A stretch of DNA of 32,000 nt, from NCBI GenBank assembly GCA_030849405.1, contig CP116499.1, positions 90,001 to 122,000 on the forward strand, given 5' to 3'. This document shows, one piece after another, positions 28,070 to 32,000 of the stretch. The notes beneath the pieces were generated by a model. The model saw only the letters and a program-made list of their open reading frames with translations. It had not been told where the DNA came from and ran no database searches. Made by a program: the position numbers and the translations under genes. The stretch is from Candidatus Saccharimonadota bacterium (GTDB lineage: Bacteria > Pseudomonadota > Gammaproteobacteria > Enterobacterales > Enterobacteriaceae_A). Each line of letters starts with the position of its first letter. The first letter of the stretch is position 1.

Positions 28070-28083
28070 TTTAAAGGAAATTT

Positions 28084-28911
28084 ATGATAACAATTAAATA
28101 TAAACCTACATCTCCAGGTATTAGACATGTTGTTAAAGTTATTAATAAAAATTTAAATAAATTTAAACCTCATAAATCTTTACTTAGAAAACTAAATAAA
28201 ACTGGAGGTAGAAATAATACTGGTCATATTACAACTAAACATATAGGAGGTGGGAATAAAAAACATTATAGATTAATAGATTATAAGCGTAATATTAATT
28301 ATATAATTGGTAAAGTTAAAAGTATAGAATATGATCCTAATAGATCTGCTAATATTGCACTTATTTTATATAAAAATGGAATTTATAAATATATTTTAGC
28401 ACCTAAAGATATTAAAATAGGTGATAAAATTGAATCAGGAGAAAATGTTGATATTAAATTAGGAAATACTTTACCTATGTATAATATCCCTGTTGGTTCA
28501 ATTATACATAATATTGAATTAAAACCTATGAAAGGTGGTCAATTAGCTAGATCTGCCGGATCTTATGCACAAATTATTGCAATAGAAGGAAAATATGTTA
28601 CATTAAGATTGCGTTCAGGTGAAATTCGTAAAATTTTTTCAAAATGTTATGCTACTATAGGTTCAGTTGGATTTTCAGAACATATGCTTTCTTTATTAGG
28701 AAAAGCTGGTAAATCTAGATGGTTAGGTATAAGACCTACAGTAAGAGGTACAGCAATGAATCCAATAGATCATCCTCATGGTGGTGGTGAAGGACGTAAT
28801 TTTGGTAAACATCCAGTTACTCCTTGGGGTATTCAAACTAAAGGTAAAAAAACTAGAAAAAATAAACGTACTAAAAAATTTATAATACGTTTTCGTAATA
28901 AAAATAAATAA
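28084..28911 (+). CDS. rplB: 50S ribosomal protein L2
   Basis: 275 aa. [21 protein letters not shown] and [18 protein letters not shown] are typical of L2. Confidence 0.98.
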   Translation: MITIKYKPTSPGIRHVVKVINKNLNKFKPHKSLLRKLNKTGGRNNTGHITTKHIGGGNKKHYRLIDYKRNINYIIGKVKSIEYDPNRSANIALILYKNGIYKYILAPKDIKIGDKIESGENVDIKLGNTLPMYNIPVGSIIHNIELKPMKGGQLARSAGSYAQIIAIEGKYVTLRLRSGEIRKIFSKCYATIGSVGFSEHMLSLLGKAGKSRWLGIRPTVRGTAMNPIDHPHGGGEGRNFGKHPVTPWGIQTKGKKTRKNKRTKKFIIRFRNKNK

Positions 28912-28922
28912 AGGATTATTTT

Positions 28923-29225
28923 ATGCCAAGATCTATTAAAAAAGGACCATTTATTGATAAACATTTATTTAATAAAATTGAAAAAATATTAATAACTAAA
29001 AAAAAAAAAAAAATAAAAACTTGGTCTCGTCGTTCTACTATTTTTCCTAATATGGTAGGTTTAAATATTGCTGTACATAATGGTAAAAAACATATTCCAA
29101 TATTTATATCAGATGAAATGGTTGGACATAAATTAGGAGAATTTGTTATGACTCGTAATTTTAAAGGACATACTTCAGATAAAAAAATTAAAAATATTAA
29201 AAGTGAAAAAAAAAATGAAAAATAA
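28923..29225 (+). CDS. rpsS: 30S ribosomal protein S19
   Basis: 100 aa. [26 protein letters not shown] and [23 protein letters not shown] are typical of S19. Confidence 0.97.
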   Translation: MPRSIKKGPFIDKHLFNKIEKILITKKKKKIKTWSRRSTIFPNMVGLNIAVHNGKKHIPIFISDEMVGHKLGEFVMTRNFKGHTSDKKIKNIKSEKKNEK

Positions 29226-29550
29226 TATAATTGCTAAACATTGTTATGCTAATTCATCTGCTCAAAAATTACGTTTAATTTCTAATTTAATTAGAGGTTT
29301 AAAAGTATTAAAAGCTTTAGAAATTTTAAAATATAATTCTAAAAAAGCATCAAATTTAATTAAAAAAGTTTTAAATTCTGCTATTGCTAATTCAAAAAAA
29401 AAATTTAAAAATATTAATTCTCTTTATATTAAAAAAATTTATATAGATGAAGGTTCAAGAACTAAACGTATATTTCCTAGAGCTAAAGGTAAAACTGATT
29501 ATATTTTAAAACGTACTAGTCATATTAATATAATGTTATCTATTAATTAA
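29215..29550 (+). CDS. rplV: 50S ribosomal protein L22
   Basis: The track ORF starts at GTG 29203. The in-frame ATG at 29215 gives MKNNIIAKH.., aligning with E. coli [22 protein letters not shown] and [20 protein letters not shown] are present. Confidence 0.92.
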   Translation: MKNNIIAKHCYANSSAQKLRLISNLIRGLKVLKALEILKYNSKKASNLIKKVLNSAIANSKKKFKNINSLYIKKIYIDEGSRTKRIFPRAKGKTDYILKRTSHINIMLSIN

Positions 29551-29568
29551 ACATTAGGAGTTTTTATA

Positions 29569-30252
29569 ATGGGTCAAAAAGTAAATCCATATGGTATTAG
29601 ATTAGGAATAAATAAATTTTGGAATTCTATATGGTATGCTAATAAAAAAGAATATAGTAAAAATTTAAATGATGATTTTAAAATTAGAAATTTTTTAAAT
29701 AAAAATTTAGAACAATTATTTATTTCTAAAATTACAATTGCTAGAAATATTAAAAATACTATAATAAATATTTATACTTCTAAACCTAATAATATTATAA
29801 TTAATAAAAATTATAATATTAAAATATTATGTAAGAAAATAAAAAAATTTACAAATATATCTGCAACAATAAATATGTTTGAAGTTAAAATACCAGAGAT
29901 AAATGCTAAATTAATAGCAAATAATATTAAATTTCAATTAGAAAAACGAATTATATTTAGACGAATTATAAAAACAACAATACAAAATGCTATTAAAAAC
30001 GGAGCACAAGGTATTAAAATTGAATTAAATGGTAGAATTGGTGGTGTTGAAATTGCTAGAACTGAATGGAATAGAGAAGGTAGAGTACCATTACATACTT
30101 TAAGGGCTAATATTGATTATAATACGTCTACAGCAAATACTACTTATGGAATTATAGGAATTAAAATTTGGGTTTTTAAAGGTGAAATATTAAATAATAA
30201 AAATTTCATAAAACAAAAAATATTTAAACTTCTTGATTATAATATTAAATAA
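29569..30252 (+). CDS. rpsC: 30S ribosomal protein S3
   Basis: 227 aa. MGQKVNPYGIRLGI and GRIGGVEIARTEWNREGRVPLHTLRANIDY are typical of S3. An AGGAG SD lies upstream. Confidence 0.97.
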   Translation: MGQKVNPYGIRLGINKFWNSIWYANKKEYSKNLNDDFKIRNFLNKNLEQLFISKITIARNIKNTIINIYTSKPNNIIINKNYNIKILCKKIKKFTNISATINMFEVKIPEINAKLIANNIKFQLEKRIIFRRIIKTTIQNAIKNGAQGIKIELNGRIGGVEIARTEWNREGRVPLHTLRANIDYNTSTANTTYGIIGIKIWVFKGEILNNKNFIKQKIFKLLDYNIK

Positions 30253-30278
30253 AATAAATTTAATATGGATATTTTAAA

Positions 30279-30704
30279 ATGTTACAACCTAAAAAAACCA
30301 AATTTAGAAAAATACAAAAAGGACGTAATAGAGGAATAGTAAATAATAATATTAAATTTGGAATTTTTGGTTTAAAATCTATTGAACATGGAAGATTAAC
30401 TTCTAAACAAATTGAATCTGCACGTAGATCAATAAAGCGTATAATTAGAAAACAAGGTAAAGTTTGGATTTGTATATTTCCTGATAAACCTATAACTAAA
30501 AAACCTTTAGAAGTAAGAATGGGTAAAGGAAAAGGAAATGTAGAATTTTGGGTTTCTTTAATTAAACCTGGTACAATTTTATATGAAATTAATGTAATAT
30601 CAGAAAAAATAGCTCGTGAAGCATTTAAACAAGCTTCAAATAAATTACCTATTAAAACTATATTTTTAAAAAAAAGAGAAATTTATGAAATTAAAAAATA
30701 TTAA
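30279..30704 (+). CDS. rplP: 50S ribosomal protein L16
   Basis: 141 aa. [19 protein letters not shown] and [26 protein letters not shown] are typical of L16. Confidence 0.97.
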   Translation: MLQPKKTKFRKIQKGRNRGIVNNNIKFGIFGLKSIEHGRLTSKQIESARRSIKRIIRKQGKVWICIFPDKPITKKPLEVRMGKGKGNVEFWVSLIKPGTILYEINVISEKIAREAFKQASNKLPIKTIFLKKREIYEIKKY

Positions 30705-30879
30705 AAAAAAAAATATAAATGAATTATATGGAATATTATATATTTTATTATATGAAAAATTTAATTTACGTATAAAATTAAGTAATAAAAAGTTAAAACA
30801 TACTCATTTATTAAAAGAAAATCGTCGAGATATTGCTCGTATTAAAACTTTAATTATTAATAAAAGAGTTAACAAATGA
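30685..30879 (+). CDS. rpmC: 50S ribosomal protein L29
   Basis: 64 aa. [32 protein letters not shown] matches E. coli L29. This is the only TGA stop in the window, and it overlaps the rpsQ ATG (ATGA). Confidence 0.93.
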   Translation: MKLKNIKKKNINELYGILYILLYEKFNLRIKLSNKKLKHTHLLKENRRDIARIKTLIINKRVNK

Positions 30880-31127
30880 AAAAAAATAGAATTTTAAAAG
30901 GTTGTGTAATTAGTAATAAAATGAAAAAATCTGTTGTTGTTATTATTAAACGTAAAATTAAACATTCTGTTTATAAAAAATATATTACATTAACTTCTAA
31001 ATTTTATGTTCATGATGAAAATAATAAATGTAATATTGGAGATATTATAACATTTAAAGAAACTAATCCAATATCTAAAACTAAATTTTGGATTTTAATT
31101 AAAATTATTAAAAAAAAAATTTATTAA
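30876..31127 (+). CDS. rpsQ: 30S ribosomal protein S17
   Basis: 83 aa. LKGCVISNKMKKSVVVIIKRKIKHSVYKKYI..KFYVHDENNKCNIGDII...SKTKFW is typical of S17. Confidence 0.96.
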   Translation: MKKNRILKGCVISNKMKKSVVVIIKRKIKHSVYKKYITLTSKFYVHDENNKCNIGDIITFKETNPISKTKFWILIKIIKKKIY

Positions 31128-31165
31128 AAAATTTGTTAATTTTATTTAATTTATTTGGAAATTAA

Positions 31166-31537
31166 ATGATACAAGAACAGACTGTATTAAATGTTGCTGA
31201 TAATTCAGGTGCACGTAAAGTTATGTGTATTAAAGTTTTAGGTGGTTCTCGTAAACGTTATGCAAATATTGGAGATATAATTAAAATTTCAATTAAAGAA
31301 ATAATATCCAATAATAAAGTTAAAAAAGGTGAAGTTTTAAAAGCTGTTATTGTAAGAACAAAAAAAGGTGTACGTCGTGTTGATGGATCAATTATACGTT
31401 TTGATAATAATGCATGTGTAATTTTAAATAATACAACATTACAACCTATAGGTACTAGAATTTTTGGACCTGTAACTAGAGAATTACGTAATGAAAAATT
31501 TATGAAAATTATTTCTTTAGCTCCAGAGGTAATTTAA
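31166..31537 (+). CDS. rplN: 50S ribosomal protein L14
   Basis: 123 aa. [28 protein letters not shown] is near-identical in pattern to E. coli L14. Confidence 0.98.
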   Translation: MIQEQTVLNVADNSGARKVMCIKVLGGSRKRYANIGDIIKISIKEIISNNKVKKGEVLKAVIVRTKKGVRRVDGSIIRFDNNACVILNNTTLQPIGTRIFGPVTRELRNEKFMKIISLAPEVI

Positions 31538-31538
31538 A

Positions 31539-31814
31539 ATGATAAATAAAATTAAAAAAAATGATAAAGTCATTATAATTTCAGGTAAAAATAAAGGTAA
31601 AATAGGTAAGGTTTATAAAATTATATCTAAAAGTAAAGTTTTTATAAAAGGTTTAAATTTATTTAAAAAACATCAAAAACCTATACCATCAATTAATCAA
31701 ATAGGAGGTATTTTTAAAAAAGAAAATTATATTCATATATCTAATATAATTAAATTTGATAAATATCATAATAAATTAAATAAAAAAAAATTAACTTTAA
31801 ATAAAAAATATTAA
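31539..31814 (+). CDS. rplX: 50S ribosomal protein L24
   Basis: 91 aa. KKNDKVIIISGKNKGKIGKV and NLFKKHQKP are typical of L24 (KOW motif). Confidence 0.94.
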   Translation: MINKIKKNDKVIIISGKNKGKIGKVYKIISKSKVFIKGLNLFKKHQKPIPSINQIGGIFKKENYIHISNIIKFDKYHNKLNKKKLTLNKKY

Positions 31815-31850
31815 ATAACATTTAAATTATTAAATAGTTTTAAGGAAAAA

Positions 31851-32000
31851 ATGAAAAACTTACATTATTATTATAAAAATAAAGTTGTTTTTGCTTTATT
31901 TAAAAAATTTAAATATAAATCTTTAATGCAAGTACCTAAAATTATTAAAATTGTGTTAAATGTTGGTTTAGGTAATTTAGCATTTAATAAAAAAAAATTA
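31851..32000 (+). CDS. rplE: 50S ribosomal protein L5, N-terminal 50 codons (runs off the right edge)
   Basis: Not in the ORF track. The ATG at 31851 is preceded by a TAAGGA SD. The translation MKNLHYYYKNKVVFALFKKFKYKSLMQVPKIIKIVLNVGLG aligns with E. coli L5 [41 protein letters not shown]. Confidence 0.9.
   Translation, partial: MKNLHYYYKNKVVFALFKKFKYKSLMQVPKIIKIVLNVGLGNLAFNKKKL

Noticed and set aside
30877-30879. Genetic-code change (UGA = Trp, code 4)
   Set aside because: All ORFs are full length under code 11. Conserved Trp residues use TGG (for example WDCHGLP in ileS), and there are no in-frame TGA codons. The single TGA fits a normal stop in an ATGA coupling overlap.

Overview
This window is a gene-dense, extremely A+T-rich stretch, roughly 15% G+C by eye (not computed). 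It looks like a highly reduced gammaproteobacterial endosymbiont-type genome. An Enterobacterales origin is suggested by the tmRNA and tRNA sequences and by E. coli-like operon fragments. I can support about 40 protein genes, 2 tRNAs and a tmRNA, all core information-processing or housekeeping. In order they are: dnaJ (partial)-dnaK (-), dksA, tilS, infA, prfA, smpB-ssrA (+), ptsH-ptsI, rpsF-rpsR-rplI and tusE (-), then tRNA-Ser(UGA), ileS, tRNA-Ile2(CAU) and lepA-rnc-era plus a pdxJ-like ORF (+). These are followed by rpsP-rimM-rplS and proS (-), rpsB-tsf-frr, dnaE, and the S10/spc ribosomal-protein cluster rpsJ through rplE (partial) (+). Standard code 11 fits: every Trp is TGG, and 37 of 38 complete CDS stop at TAA. 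I see no mobile elements, CRISPR, defence, toxin or secondary-metabolite loci, and no convincing novel multi-gene system; this is an ordinary core region. The points worth a second look are smaller. (1) The frr-dnaE spacer holds a composite tandem-repeat and perfect-palindrome element. (2) The pdxJ-family ORF stays open, but nearly all its catalytic residues are replaced and it contains no ATG codon. (3) dnaK carries a perfect (AAT)13 microsatellite. (4) The tmRNA is shortened and has an altered tag. (5) Essential genes contain very long in-frame poly(A)/poly(T) runs. (6) Several clean synteny gaps relative to E. coli operons lack trmD, pyrH, lepB, recO, priB, crr and the dxr-to-rnhB block. 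CDS coordinates come from the supplied ORF track. Coordinates of RNAs, repeats and hairpins were hand-indexed and may be off by 1-2 nt, especially next to homopolymers.
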